Positions 19,401-31,243 of a stretch of 64,000 bases of DNA are shown here, piece by piece; position 1 is the stretch's first letter; each line of letters starts with the position of its first letter. The position numbers were made by a program, and so were the translations under genes. This DNA is from Candidatus Latescibacterota bacterium. GTDB taxonomy: Bacteria; Latescibacterota; UBA2968. The stretch is taken from positions 1,760,001 through 1,824,000 of the forward strand of contig OZ242320.1 in assembly GCA_965208125.1 (NCBI GenBank), written 5' to 3'. The notes under the pieces were generated by a model that searched no databases, had not been told where the DNA came from, and worked only from the letters and a program-made list of their open reading frames with translations.

Positions 19401-20056
19401 CGGAGGGTAATCTGGGCATCGCTTTGTCGCGTCCTCGCGTTGTTCCATGCCTCAATCTGATGACGAAGCCCCAACGCGGTGAGCACTGCGCGTTGGGCAT
19501 GATTCTCATGGGCGATAGGGGCACCAAACAACGCCATGAAACCATCGCCCAGGAATTGATTGACATTGCCTTCGTAGCGATGGACGGCATCAAGGGCGAG
19601 CTTGAAGAACTGGTTCAGGAGGTCGTGCATGGCCTCTGCGCCGAGTTGCTCGGCCATACCCGTCGAGTTCGCCATATCGCAGAACAGTACCGTGACCTGC
19701 TTGCGTTCTCCTTGCAAAGCGGCACGAGACGTGAGTATTTTCTCGACCAGATGGGGCGGGGTGTACATGTTCGGATCGCGCGTGCCCGTCTCCGACGCCG
19801 GAAACGCCGCGGGTGGTGTGGCATCCTGGTCCGAGGCGGAGCATTCGGCCCATACGAGCCCCCGACCATCCTCATCCTTCGCCTGGGGATGGTCAAAGAG
19901 AATCGCCTCTTTGAGGTCCTCAAGCACCTCGTCATCGAGATCAAACTGGCGTTTGAGAGCGCGATACGAAACCCGGCCACGACCGCGAAGCAGTTCCAGT
20001 ATCTGGTCAACTATCTCGTAAAAATCTATATCTTCACCCCTTCCGATGACACACAT
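16433..20056 (-). CDS. Class III nucleotide cyclase fused to a STAND/AAA ATPase and TPR repeats; start uncertain
   Basis: VTVLFCD, FLGDGFMALFG, RIGINTG, GDTTNVAARL. Walker A GDPGIGKS, Walker B VLEDIHW. About 450 aa of TPR-like helices follow. Confidence 0.9.
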   Translation of the reverse strand: MCVIGRGEDIDFYEIVDQILELLRGRGRVSYRALKRQFDLDDEVLEDLKEAILFDHPQAKDEDGRGLVWAECSASDQDATPPAAFPASETGTRDPNMYTPPHLVEKILTSRAALQGERKQVTVLFCDMANSTGMAEQLGAEAMHDLLNQFFKLALDAVHRYEGNVNQFLGDGFMALFGAPIAHENHAQRAVLTALGLRHQIEAWNNARTRQSDAQITLRIGINTGTVVVGAIGDNLRMDYTAVGDTTNVAARLEGQAAPDQIVISESTHRLVKGYCQTRSLGTLDLKGKADSMLAWEVLAAFESVNRLDVEIKRGLTHFMGRERELQTLQNCFAQAQAGHGQMVFLVGDPGIGKSRLLLEFRQRIAATAATWLEGRALSFGSSSVFHPLIDMLKRSAGIEEAEADTTVVTKIEQTLLSHSDALRSDLPYLRYLLALDPGDENVRRMDPQLRRNELFRALQRVLFYASELSPRVIVLEDIHWMDQATQDFLKVIADSISTSHVLFLLTYRPGYASPFGERTYHTHLTLQPLSTKHSTQIAKTILGVDFLPDELASLIDRKTEGNPFFIEQVVRSLQEVGAIRRVEHRCVLTRPIEDISIPETVQDVLSARFDRLEEAHRTTLQFAAAVGREFTRGLLVRLEVAQPDLLDTYLRDLTDIEMIREMDSEPDLSYIFKHALTREVAYQSLLVRSQQYLHRLIGETIEKFEVDHLVEHAEVLAHHFERGEMWKKALTYLVQAGQKAQQASALKEALDFHARALVVCEQLGSAVNPEMMSIYAHKGEAHFLRSEFLLSVEAYRQVLEIARRNRDRAQEAFALYKMGLGYHWAHEFEEALQCSERAKVLAQQIGAGSTVAASTFVIGWVRAVLGDLDEARRHCNDALQISREAKDEEQEGFCLWVLGQIRNWKGEYAQALQLLDQALHIGRTQNLPFLISGVLWMRGIILCGRGDYEKALASLEEALDLSERLGDYAHRGRILNTLGWVCGELYDLEAALHYNQTCLDASEEIGDPEVIRNAQLNQGDTLLLLGRLEEAEEHLEEVHESLQRHGTWGEDWMKWRYAQHLWHSLGELWLAKGDSAKALIYTELCCKEAEPTASRKNLAKGWRLQGQALLAQGRDEEAEQALRRALAISRDLGNPPQIWRTHQALGMLYEDRGETDRARAAYREALDIIHEVATQLQDSERRHTFLDAQPVRQIREGAVRTGHAET

Positions 20057-20283
20057 CCGGCCTGCACCCGGACCAATGGCATTGGGTTTTGGCAATCCTT
20101 ATATATCGGCTTTGAGCCGCGATTTTTGCTTGCCAATCCATCGCGTTCTTGCTTCTATATAAAGTATAATTCAGCAATCAAGATATGCGAATTCACAGGC
20201 GCGTCAAGCGCGTTTTGCGAACCTCTAACCATCCACAAACTCACGAACCAAATCCACCTCCCAACCAACATTGGAGAACCCGC

Positions 20284-21684
20284 ATGAAAAAACACCTTAT
20301 CCTGATCTGTATCCTGAGCTTCGTACATCACCCGGCATTCGCACAGGACGGAAAAGCCCTGTACGCGACATATTGCGCGCAGTGTCACGGACCCGACCTG
20401 AGAGGAGGCAATGCACCGAGCATGGTCGATGGCATCTGGAAATACGGAGACGGACGCGGCTATCGCATCCGCAACATCAAAAACGGACTCACCGAACTGG
20501 GCATGCCCGGCTATGAAAAACAGCTAACAAACAGACAGATCGCAATGATCGTAGATTTTATCGAACAACAAGAAAAAGAAGTGGGCCAACCCAAACCCCC
20601 GCCACCCGACTTTGTACAAACACTCGACTACGACATAAACGTCGATATCTGGGTACAGGACCTGCAAATCCCCTGGGGAATCGACTTTATCGATCCACAA
20701 ACCGCACTGATTACCGAGCGCCCAGGCACACTGAGAATGGTAAAAAACGGGCAACTCCTCGACCCCGTTGCGGGAACGCCCCAGGTGGTTCACGAAGGAC
20801 AGGGCGGCTTGATGGACGTAGCAATAGACCCGAACTACGTTGAAAACGGCTGGATCTACCTCGCCTACAGCCATGAACTCGCCCACCGCGAAGGACAGCG
20901 TCGCTCTCCCGCAATGACCCGCATCGTGCGCGGTCACATCAGGGACAACACCTATGTCAACCAACAAGTAATCTACGAAGCCCCGCATGAAACCTATCTC
21001 ACCACCCGGCATCACTACGGCACTCGCATCGTATTCGACGCAGACGGGTACCTCTACTTTGCAATAGGAGACCGGGGCTTGCAAAACCAGGCACAGGACT
21101 TGACCCGACCAAACGGCAAAGTCCACCGCATCCACACAGACGGGCGCATCCCCAAAGACAATCCCTTTCTGAGCCAGGAAGACGCCCTCAAAACCATCTA
21201 TTCCTATGGCCATCGCAATCCTCAGGGCATGGCAGTCAATCCAGTCACTGGAAAAATATGGGACGGCGAGCACGGCCCAATGGGCGGTGATGAACTCAAT
21301 GTCGTAGCCAGAGGAAAAAACTACGGATGGCCTGAAATCACCTACGGCCTCAACTACAACGGCACAATCGTATCCGACCGCGTCAGCCAACCGGGAATGG
21401 AACAACCAACCCTTTATTGGAGACCCTCAATCGCCATCTGCGGCATCAACTTTTACCAGGGCAACATGTTCCCCAAATGGCACAACAAATTGCTTGTGGC
21501 ATCCCTGAAATACGAAGATGTGCGGGTACTCTCCATTGACGGAGATCGCGTCATGCACGAAGAAGTGATCCTCAAAAATGCGGGACGGGTACGCGAAGCT
21601 ATATCCGGACCAGATGGCGCAGTGTACGTAGTCCTCAACCAGCCTGATATAATTTTGCGCTTAACGCTAAATGAAGAGAGATGA
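20284..21684 (+). CDS. PQQ-dependent sugar dehydrogenase (GSDH/YliI family) with an N-terminal cytochrome c domain
   Basis: Signal peptide, CAQCH, GQGGLMDV, YGHRNPQG, EHGPMGGDELN, NYGWP. Confidence 0.9.
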   Translation: MKKHLILICILSFVHHPAFAQDGKALYATYCAQCHGPDLRGGNAPSMVDGIWKYGDGRGYRIRNIKNGLTELGMPGYEKQLTNRQIAMIVDFIEQQEKEVGQPKPPPPDFVQTLDYDINVDIWVQDLQIPWGIDFIDPQTALITERPGTLRMVKNGQLLDPVAGTPQVVHEGQGGLMDVAIDPNYVENGWIYLAYSHELAHREGQRRSPAMTRIVRGHIRDNTYVNQQVIYEAPHETYLTTRHHYGTRIVFDADGYLYFAIGDRGLQNQAQDLTRPNGKVHRIHTDGRIPKDNPFLSQEDALKTIYSYGHRNPQGMAVNPVTGKIWDGEHGPMGGDELNVVARGKNYGWPEITYGLNYNGTIVSDRVSQPGMEQPTLYWRPSIAICGINFYQGNMFPKWHNKLLVASLKYEDVRVLSIDGDRVMHEEVILKNAGRVREAISGPDGAVYVVLNQPDIILRLTLNEER

Positions 21685-21697
21685 CAGGAGGGGCAAT

Positions 21698-22186
21698 TCA
21701 AACAAGGCTTCGCTGTAATTCAATTTTAACACCCATCTTTTCCGCTTCTTTTAACAAAAACGAAATGATATCAATGGGTTCAGACACAAGGGATTTGGCC
21801 ACCAATTTCATCATTAAATCCGCCGTTCGGGTCTGTTGATTGACCCGATCCTGGCGCTCCCAATTATAGATTGACTGTCGGGTACAGCCAATCAACTGGG
21901 CAAAATCGGTCACCGAAAGCCCAAGCGACTCTCGAAGCGTTTTGATCTCCTCGCGGGTATAAAAAATCTCATCGTCTTCAAGACGTTGATAAAACAAATC
22001 CTGCCATCGCTTCGTCTCTCTGGGGTCGAAGGCACGGGCATTACAAGTATCACACACGCCCACAATTGCATCTGGAACCACAAAGGGATAGGCTTTAACT
22101 TTGATCTTGTAATTCTGAAACCGCATAGGCTCAATAGTTCCCTTGCCACATTCAGGACAAGGAACGCCAAACATTCTATCATCCAT
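21698..22186 (-). CDS. MqsA/YgiT-type Zn-finger plus HTH antitoxin
   Basis: CPECG..CDTC, then the HTH LRESLGLSVTDFAQLIGCTRQSIYNWE. Confidence 0.8.
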   Translation of the reverse strand: MDDRMFGVPCPECGKGTIEPMRFQNYKIKVKAYPFVVPDAIVGVCDTCNARAFDPRETKRWQDLFYQRLEDDEIFYTREEIKTLRESLGLSVTDFAQLIGCTRQSIYNWERQDRVNQQTRTADLMMKLVAKSLVSEPIDIISFLLKEAEKMGVKIELQRSLV

Positions 22187-22201
22187 TTTTTTATCCTTCC
22201 T

Positions 22202-22498
22202 TTACTCGGCATGATGGGCGGTAATAAAAAAATAAAAACGCCCTGTGTAACTTCTCACCACTTTTCCAGCGGTGTAGAATAGATGTCCATGTGTATCGCG
22301 TCCAATGATCACATATTTCATCCCATCCACTGCCTGTTTCAGTTCGTCTCGCTCCCGTTTATAAACTCGCGTTGCCGTAAAGATGCAATGTTCGAGATCT
22401 GCTTCTGAAAAATAACCTTCTTCTATGAGGTCTTCAACTTTAGACGAAATCAAGTATTGTTTTCTTGCAATGAGTTTTTTAATATCATTGAGGGTCAT
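22202..22498 (-). CDS. Putative toxin (DUF4258-like) paired with the MqsA-like antitoxin
   Basis: 98 aa with KYVIIG and FFITAH. Toxin-first gene order. Confidence 0.65.
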   Translation of the reverse strand: MTLNDIKKLIARKQYLISSKVEDLIEEGYFSEADLEHCIFTATRVYKRERDELKQAVDGMKYVIIGRDTHGHLFYTAGKVVRSYTGRFYFFITAHHAE

Positions 22499-22575
22499 TC
22501 TCTCCCCTTCTATTTCTTGTCAAACTATAATATATGTAAAAATATGGACTCTTCAAAAGTAAAATTTTATACATC

Positions 22576-24561
22576 ATGGCACTCGCGCAACCCGTAAACA
22601 ACACCGAAGCCCTGCCCAATCGCGACCGCGTAACTGCGCGCTGTGTATTGCTGGGATTGGGACTCGTCGTAAGCGTGAACACCTGGCCCATCTACGGGCT
22701 ATATGTGATCCACATCAACCAGATGGTATTCAGCTACATGGCGATGGCACTCATGATCCCATTCGTATTGCTATCGCTGGGGCTGAACGTACTCCTGCGA
22801 AAATTCTGGCCCCGCGCCGCATTTTCCCCCCTCGAAATGGCCGTCGTCTTCTCCATGGGACTGGTAGGCGCATTATTTCCCCTCATGAACTTCACCGGCC
22901 TGATCATGGGGCACCTCGCAACGCCCTATTATTTTGCCTCCGCGCAAAATCGGTGGTCCGAATTTCTCCATCCCCACTTGCCGCACTGGTTATTCCCCAC
23001 AGATGAAAACGGGGCCATGCGCCTCTTCTTCGAAGGCCTGCCGCCCGGCCATGCAATACCGTGGGAAGTCTGGATCGTCCCCCTATTCTGGTGGTTTGCA
23101 TTTGCAGGCGCAATCATCTGGACCTGCTTGTGCATCGCCGTAATTTTGCGACGACAGTGGTCCGAACACGAAAAACTACCCTTTCCCGCAGCACAGGTCG
23201 CGCTGGAACTCGTACGAGAAGAAAGCAAAAAAATATGGCCTCCCCTCGTAGGACGCCCGGCATTCTGGATCGGCATGGCAATTCCACTCACCGTAATATG
23301 CTGGAATATCCTATCGTATTTCATGCCCGACTTCCCAAAAATACCAATCACCCGAGCAGGCGACGGCGTCACATTTTTGCACATCAGCCGATATATTCCA
23401 GATCGGTACTTCTATATCGGAATACAATTCTTCATCGCGGGATTTGCCTACTGGACCAGCCTGGAAGTACTATTCTCAATCTGGTTTTTTTACTTACTCG
23501 TCGTAGCCGAAGTCTATACCTTTAACCGAATCGGATACACCATTGGAACACCCGGCTTGTGGTCCTCAACACACGCGGCCAATGCGTGGCAGGCATTTGG
23601 CGCACTCGCCTGTATGCTATGCCTGGGATTGTGGATGGGGCGCGAGCATCTCAAAGGCGTATGGCATGCCATCAGAGGACGAAAAAAATCGGACGACACA
23701 GAAGAACTCATGTCCTATCGCACAGCCGGCATAGGTGGCCTGGCTGGATTATTATTCATCATCGGATGGCTGCACACCGCGGGCATGGCCTGGTACGTAA
23801 TCATACCCTTCTTAATCGGCATGGGCATATTGTATGTGGGCATCGCCCGGGTCATAGCCGAAAGCGGACTGGTATATTTGCGCGGCTCCATGATGCCCCC
23901 GACCTTCGCCCTCTACACCCTCGGCTCGGCGAATATCCCGGCGACGAGCATGGCAAATTTCGCGTTCTCCTTCGCATACTTTACAGACGCCAAAAGCCTC
24001 GCCATGGCCAGCATGGCGCATTGCTCGTGGATCACAGCAGCCATAAAAGGACGCAAACGCATGGTCGCGATAGCCCTCGTATTGGCAGGTATTACAGCCG
24101 CCATCTCATCGGTCGCATTCACACTGTATCTGGGCTATGAAACAGGCGCATATAACTTCAGAGCATTTGAATTTCGCACACACCCGCGGATCTTCGATTA
24201 CTGGATCCGACAGATGCAAACCTTTAACCCACCCGACTGGAAGCGAATTGGCTTTTTCGGTTTTGGCGCAGCCGGAATGGCGCTATTGACATTCTTGCGG
24301 TATCGCGTATCCTGGTGGCCCTTGCACCCGGTTGGATTCGCCATCATGGAAACCCAGGCCGTGCGGGGAACGATCTTCACAATCTTTCTCGTATGGCTGT
24401 GCAAATTGCTCATCTTGCAAATCGGCGGCATCGCCCTATACCGCAAAGGCCAGCCCTTATTTCTCGGTATCCTCGTCGGGTTCATCCTCGGCGTGGCAAT
24501 CTCGGCAACAGTAGATACCATCTGGTTCCCCGGCAGCGGGCACTCGGTTCACCATTGGTAA
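22576..24561 (+). CDS. DUF6785-like polytopic membrane protein (OPT-like transporter)
   Basis: Many TM segments. RRQWSEHEKLPFP, RVIAESG, WWPLHPVG, GGIALYRKGQPLFLG. Confidence 0.75.
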   Translation: MALAQPVNNTEALPNRDRVTARCVLLGLGLVVSVNTWPIYGLYVIHINQMVFSYMAMALMIPFVLLSLGLNVLLRKFWPRAAFSPLEMAVVFSMGLVGALFPLMNFTGLIMGHLATPYYFASAQNRWSEFLHPHLPHWLFPTDENGAMRLFFEGLPPGHAIPWEVWIVPLFWWFAFAGAIIWTCLCIAVILRRQWSEHEKLPFPAAQVALELVREESKKIWPPLVGRPAFWIGMAIPLTVICWNILSYFMPDFPKIPITRAGDGVTFLHISRYIPDRYFYIGIQFFIAGFAYWTSLEVLFSIWFFYLLVVAEVYTFNRIGYTIGTPGLWSSTHAANAWQAFGALACMLCLGLWMGREHLKGVWHAIRGRKKSDDTEELMSYRTAGIGGLAGLLFIIGWLHTAGMAWYVIIPFLIGMGILYVGIARVIAESGLVYLRGSMMPPTFALYTLGSANIPATSMANFAFSFAYFTDAKSLAMASMAHCSWITAAIKGRKRMVAIALVLAGITAAISSVAFTLYLGYETGAYNFRAFEFRTHPRIFDYWIRQMQTFNPPDWKRIGFFGFGAAGMALLTFLRYRVSWWPLHPVGFAIMETQAVRGTIFTIFLVWLCKLLILQIGGIALYRKGQPLFLGILVGFILGVAISATVDTIWFPGSGHSVHHW

Positions 24562-24581
24562 ATCCTTAAAGGTCATCCAAA

Positions 24582-24836
24582 ATGAAAGACCCCAACACTC
24601 ACAAACCCTCATCCCTCAGCCAGGCCTACCGCAGTGTCGGACCCTATTTAACCCTGGGCATCCAACTCATCGCCACAATATTGCTATGTGTATTCGCGGG
24701 ACATTGGGCAGACGGCAAATTTGACACCGCGCCCCTGTGGACCTTAATCGGTGGCCTGTTAGGCATTGCCGCGGGATTTTACCACTTCTTCAAAGCCGTC
24801 TTAAAAATAGACCGCAAATCGGAGGAAGATAAGTGA
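24582..24836 (+). CDS. atpZ: AtpZ/AtpI-family ATP synthase accessory protein
   Basis: Two TM segments, GHWADGKFDTAP, first gene of the atp operon. Confidence 0.8.
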   Translation: MKDPNTHKPSSLSQAYRSVGPYLTLGIQLIATILLCVFAGHWADGKFDTAPLWTLIGGLLGIAAGFYHFFKAVLKIDRKSEEDK

Positions 24837-25222
24837 GATCTTTCGTCAAACAAATTGCCGTCGTCTTATTGGTCGCGTGGGTCCTCGGAGGCTACCCCCT
24901 CTACCTCTGGCAGGGAACAGATATACTCATTGCCGCAGGGATTGGTTGTGCGATCTGCACGCTAAATGCACTCGCCGGTGCCTATCTCGCACTGTGGGGC
25001 ATGCGCCGGGATAACCGCACATTTATGACCGTCGTATTCGGCGGAATGGGGATTCGCCTAATTATTGTACTGATTTTCTTTTTTGTCGCACTAAAATTAG
25101 TTAAACTTCACGTTTTTAGCTTGACTCTTTCACTATTTTTATTTTACGTAGTATTTCAGATTTTAGAGATTCGGTTCTTCGTTGGGCGCCCGCCCGACAA
25201 AGCCAATAATTCAGGAGTCTGA
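24833..25222 (+). CDS. atpI: ATP synthase protein I-like membrane protein
   Basis: Four TM segments with GMGIR, located between atpZ and atpB. Confidence 0.7.
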   Translation: MRSFVKQIAVVLLVAWVLGGYPLYLWQGTDILIAAGIGCAICTLNALAGAYLALWGMRRDNRTFMTVVFGGMGIRLIIVLIFFFVALKLVKLHVFSLTLSLFLFYVVFQILEIRFFVGRPPDKANNSGV

Positions 25223-25225
25223 CGG

Positions 25226-26023
25226 ATGGCAGCACAGGCAGAGGAGCAAAGCAGCGGCAGTTTCATCCTCGAGCATATCACAGACCATCACGAGCTTCAC
25301 CTCGGTCCACTCCATATCCCTTTACCCCATATTGAGCTTTTTGGCATTGATATGTCCATCACCGGCCACCTGGTCATGATGTGGGTCGCCTCTCTATTAC
25401 TCATTCTCACCCTGACTATCTCCACAAAACGACGCGGACTCATACCCTCGGGCTTTGCCAATGCGATTGAAGCCATCGCCATATTTATCCGCGACGACGT
25501 CGCCATACCCAACCTGGGAGAACGGGACGGGCCGAAATACATGCCGTTCTTAATGACCGTCTTCTTCTTTATCCTCGTCTGCAACCTATTGGGATTAATA
25601 CCCTTTGGACAAACCGCAACCGGCAATATCAATGTAACGGCTACACTGGCGGGCATCTCGTTTGCAATGATGCTCGGCGCCGGAATCAAACACAACGGCC
25701 TGTTCGGCTTTTTCAAAGGCTTGATCCCCCCCAATTTGCCAATTGCATTGCTGCCGCTCATGATCCCGCTGGAATTTCTGGGCCTGTTGACCAAACCATT
25801 TGCACTGTGCATTCGTCTCTTTGCCAATATGCTGGCCGGTCACGTCGTAATATTGTCTTTGATCGGCATCATTTTTCTTCTCGGATATTTTGTCATCCCC
25901 ATTTCCATTGCCTTTGCACTGGCAATGTACATGTTGGAAATCTTCATAGGTTTTCTTCAAGCTTATGTATTCACGCTCCTGACCGCCCTGTTTGTGGGCC
26001 TGTGTATTCATCAGGAGCATTGA
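25226..26023 (+). CDS. atpB: F0 subunit a
   Basis: TATGNINVT, KPFALCIRLFANMLAGH, LQAYVFT. Confidence 0.97.
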   Translation: MAAQAEEQSSGSFILEHITDHHELHLGPLHIPLPHIELFGIDMSITGHLVMMWVASLLLILTLTISTKRRGLIPSGFANAIEAIAIFIRDDVAIPNLGERDGPKYMPFLMTVFFFILVCNLLGLIPFGQTATGNINVTATLAGISFAMMLGAGIKHNGLFGFFKGLIPPNLPIALLPLMIPLEFLGLLTKPFALCIRLFANMLAGHVVILSLIGIIFLLGYFVIPISIAFALAMYMLEIFIGFLQAYVFTLLTALFVGLCIHQEH

Positions 26024-26287
<264 letters not shown>

Positions 26288-26325
26288 ACCGCGCGAACCA
26301 AACGCGGTGAAAGAGAGACATAACA

Positions 26326-26820
26326 ATGGATTTGTTGAGTCCAAACCCCGGCTTGATCATCTGGACGCTCGTCACATTTGTGCTCGTTTTGCTCGTTTTG
26401 AAGAAATTTGTTTGGGGACCGTTATTATCGGCACTCGACCAGCGAGAAACGCGCATCCGAGAAGCACTTGAGCAAGCCGAAAAAGCGCGTGCCGAAGCCG
26501 AAAGAGCCGCCGAAGAGAACAAACAGGCACTCGCACAGGCACAGACCGAGGCGCAAGCTGCGATAAACAAAGCGCGCGAAGACGCCGAACAGGTCGCTCG
26601 GGACGTGCAAGCACGCGCCGAAGCCGACGCTCAGCAACTTCTCGAACAGGCGCGTCGCACCATTCAACAAGAGCGCAATCAGGCCCTTCAGACATTGCGT
26701 CAGCAAACAGCCGAACTGGCGATTCTCGCTGCCGGACAATTGCTGGAGGAAAATTTGGACGACGAGCACAACAAAAAAATCGTAGATGATTTCATCAACC
26801 GCATGCCAGAACATTCCTGA
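26326..26820 (+). CDS. atpF: F0 subunit b
   Basis: PGLIIWT, KFVWGP and a long coiled coil. Confidence 0.95.
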   Translation: MDLLSPNPGLIIWTLVTFVLVLLVLKKFVWGPLLSALDQRETRIREALEQAEKARAEAERAAEENKQALAQAQTEAQAAINKAREDAEQVARDVQARAEADAQQLLEQARRTIQQERNQALQTLRQQTAELAILAAGQLLEENLDDEHNKKIVDDFINRMPEHS

Positions 26821-26834
26821 GTTCGGAGTTTGTT

Positions 26835-27374
26835 GTGAGCCAATCAGCCGTTTCCATCCGATACACCAGCGCACTGATCGACGCCGCGCAAGAAAGCGGG
26901 GTATTGGATCGGGTTGAAGCCGATGTGCAGGCATTATTGGACTTATTGCACGCCTCGGAAGATTTGCGGGGATTTGTCGCAGATCCGATGATGCGATCCG
27001 AGCAAAAGCGCGCGGTATTGAACAATTTGTTCGCCGGAAAAATTGAGGACATAACCCTCAGATTTTTGCTATTGCTGTGCGATAATCGCCGCGAGCGCGT
27101 ATTGCCCGAGATATTGTCGGATTTCCTATCCGTATTGGAAGACCAGCGCGGCCAGGCCACGGCTCAGGTGACGGTTGCTGCCCCCCTGTCCTCTGAACAG
27201 GAAACGCAATTAATTGCAAAACTCTCGACCTATTCTGGCAAGCAAGTGCGATTGGAAACCACAATAGACGAACAGTTAAAAGCCGGGTTTGTGGTGCGAC
27301 TCGGCGACCGTGTATTTGATGGCACACTGGCCACGCAACTCAACCGATTGCGACAGCGCCTCGTGTCTGATTAA
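26835..27374 (+). CDS. atpH: F1 subunit delta
   Basis: RYTSAL and AGFVVRLGDRVFDGT. Operon position fits. Confidence 0.95.
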   Translation: MSQSAVSIRYTSALIDAAQESGVLDRVEADVQALLDLLHASEDLRGFVADPMMRSEQKRAVLNNLFAGKIEDITLRFLLLLCDNRRERVLPEILSDFLSVLEDQRGQATAQVTVAAPLSSEQETQLIAKLSTYSGKQVRLETTIDEQLKAGFVVRLGDRVFDGTLATQLNRLRQRLVSD

Positions 27375-27392
27375 AAGTAAGGCAGGCAAAAC

Positions 27393-28910
27393 ATGGCGAC
27401 GAATTTACAGATTCGCCCCGACGAAATTTCGGCGCTGCTCAAACAGCAAATCCTGGACTCCAGGACTGAAATAGACGTCTATGAAAGCGGCACCGTACAG
27501 CAGGTGGGCGATGGCGTGGCCCGCGTGCAGGGGCTGGGCAACGTGCAGACCAGCGAACTGGTCGAATTTCCCAACGGTATTATGGGGATGGCGCTCAACC
27601 TCGAAGAAGACAACGTGGGCTGTGTGTTATTTGGCGATGACACATTGATCCGCGAAGGCGACGAGGCCAAACGCACCGGACGCATTGCCGAAGTGCCCGT
27701 GGGCGAAGCCCTCCTCGGTCGCGTGGTAAATCCACTCGGCATGCCAATAGACGGCAAAGGCCCAATCAACCCCGAAGCAACACTGCCCATTGAACGCAAG
27801 GCTCCAGGCGTCATTGAGCGACAGCCCGTAACCGAAGCCCTGATGACCGGATTAAAAGTAATCGACTCAACCGTGCCAATCGGGCGGGGGCAGCGCGAAC
27901 TGATCATCGGCGACCGGCAAACGGGCAAAACGGCGATTGGCGTCGATACCATCATCAACCAGAAAGACAGCGATGTAAAGTGCATTTATGTCGCCATTGG
28001 GCAAAAAGCTTCTACAGTGGCCAAAGTCGTGGCCGAACTGGAAGCCAATGGCGCAATGGAATACACCATTGTCGTATCGGCCACAGCCAGTGAACCCGCC
28101 CCGCTTCAATTCCTATCACCCTATTCGGGCTGCTCAATGGGCGAGTATTTCCGCGACAAGGGCGAACACGCACTGATCATTTACGATGACTTGTCCAAAC
28201 AGGCGTGGGCTTACCGCGAAATGTCCCTGGTATTGCGCCGCCCGCCGGGCCGCGAAGCCTATCCCGGCGACGTATTTTATTTGCACTCGCGCCTGCTCGA
28301 GCGCGCCGCCAAAATGAGCGACGAACAGGGCGCAGGTTCGCTCACCGCATTGCCCGTCATTGAAATTCTGGAAGGCGATGTCTCCACCTTTGTACCCACC
28401 AATGTAATATCGATCACCGATGGGCAGATCCTGCTCAAACCCGAGTTGTTCTACGCGGGTATCCGCCCCGCCATGGACGTGGGCGCGTCCGTATCGCGCG
28501 TGGGCAGTTCCGCACAGACGAGCGCGATGAAAGCCGTTGCCAGAACCATCAAAGCCGACATCTCGCGCTACAACGAAGTCAAAGCCTTTGCGATGTTCGG
28601 CACAGAAGGCCTGGATGCCTCAACCCAGAATTTGCTGAACCACGGCGAAAAACTAATCGAAATTCTCAAGCAAGATCAGTATTCCCCAATGTCGCTGGAA
28701 GAGCTCACCGTGGCACTTTTTGCCGCTAATCTGGTCGATGATTTGCCCACCGAAGACGTGCGGCGCTTCGAGCGAGAATTGCTGGCGCATATCGGCCACA
28801 GTGAGTTGATGGAAGAAATCCGCGAAAGCGAAGACTTGAGCGACGAAAACGCCGAAAAGCTCACAGAAATAATTGAGAACTTTAAGCGCGGCTTCCGCGT
28901 ATCGGTATAA
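27393..28910 (+). CDS. atpA: F1 subunit alpha
   Basis: [41 protein letters not shown]. Confidence 0.98.
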   Translation: MATNLQIRPDEISALLKQQILDSRTEIDVYESGTVQQVGDGVARVQGLGNVQTSELVEFPNGIMGMALNLEEDNVGCVLFGDDTLIREGDEAKRTGRIAEVPVGEALLGRVVNPLGMPIDGKGPINPEATLPIERKAPGVIERQPVTEALMTGLKVIDSTVPIGRGQRELIIGDRQTGKTAIGVDTIINQKDSDVKCIYVAIGQKASTVAKVVAELEANGAMEYTIVVSATASEPAPLQFLSPYSGCSMGEYFRDKGEHALIIYDDLSKQAWAYREMSLVLRRPPGREAYPGDVFYLHSRLLERAAKMSDEQGAGSLTALPVIEILEGDVSTFVPTNVISITDGQILLKPELFYAGIRPAMDVGASVSRVGSSAQTSAMKAVARTIKADISRYNEVKAFAMFGTEGLDASTQNLLNHGEKLIEILKQDQYSPMSLEELTVALFAANLVDDLPTEDVRRFERELLAHIGHSELMEEIRESEDLSDENAEKLTEIIENFKRGFRVSV

Positions 28911-28915
28911 AAACT

Positions 28916-28986
28916 GGGACGGCACAGGGGCCGTCCCCTACACGGACACGACCATTGCATGTAGGGGCGACCCCCTGTGGTCGCCC
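28916..28986. repeat. Inverted pair of GTAG-type REP elements
   Basis: Reverse complement of GTAGGGGACGGCCCCTGTGCCGTCCC plus GTAGGGGCGACCCCCTGTGGTCGCCC. The same two REPs occur at 55369-55432. Confidence 0.85.
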
Positions 28987-29003
28987 GCGACAAAGGACCG
29001 GAT

Positions 29004-31240
<2,237 letters not shown>

Positions 31241-31243
31241 AAA

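Noticed and set aside
28977-29003. N-terminal extensions in the ORF track (atpG; also ORFs at 20185, 36914, 42451, 45838, 56552, 59497)
   Set aside because: They run through REPs, promoters or neighbouring genes. Downstream starts have better RBS, signal-peptide or family-alignment support.
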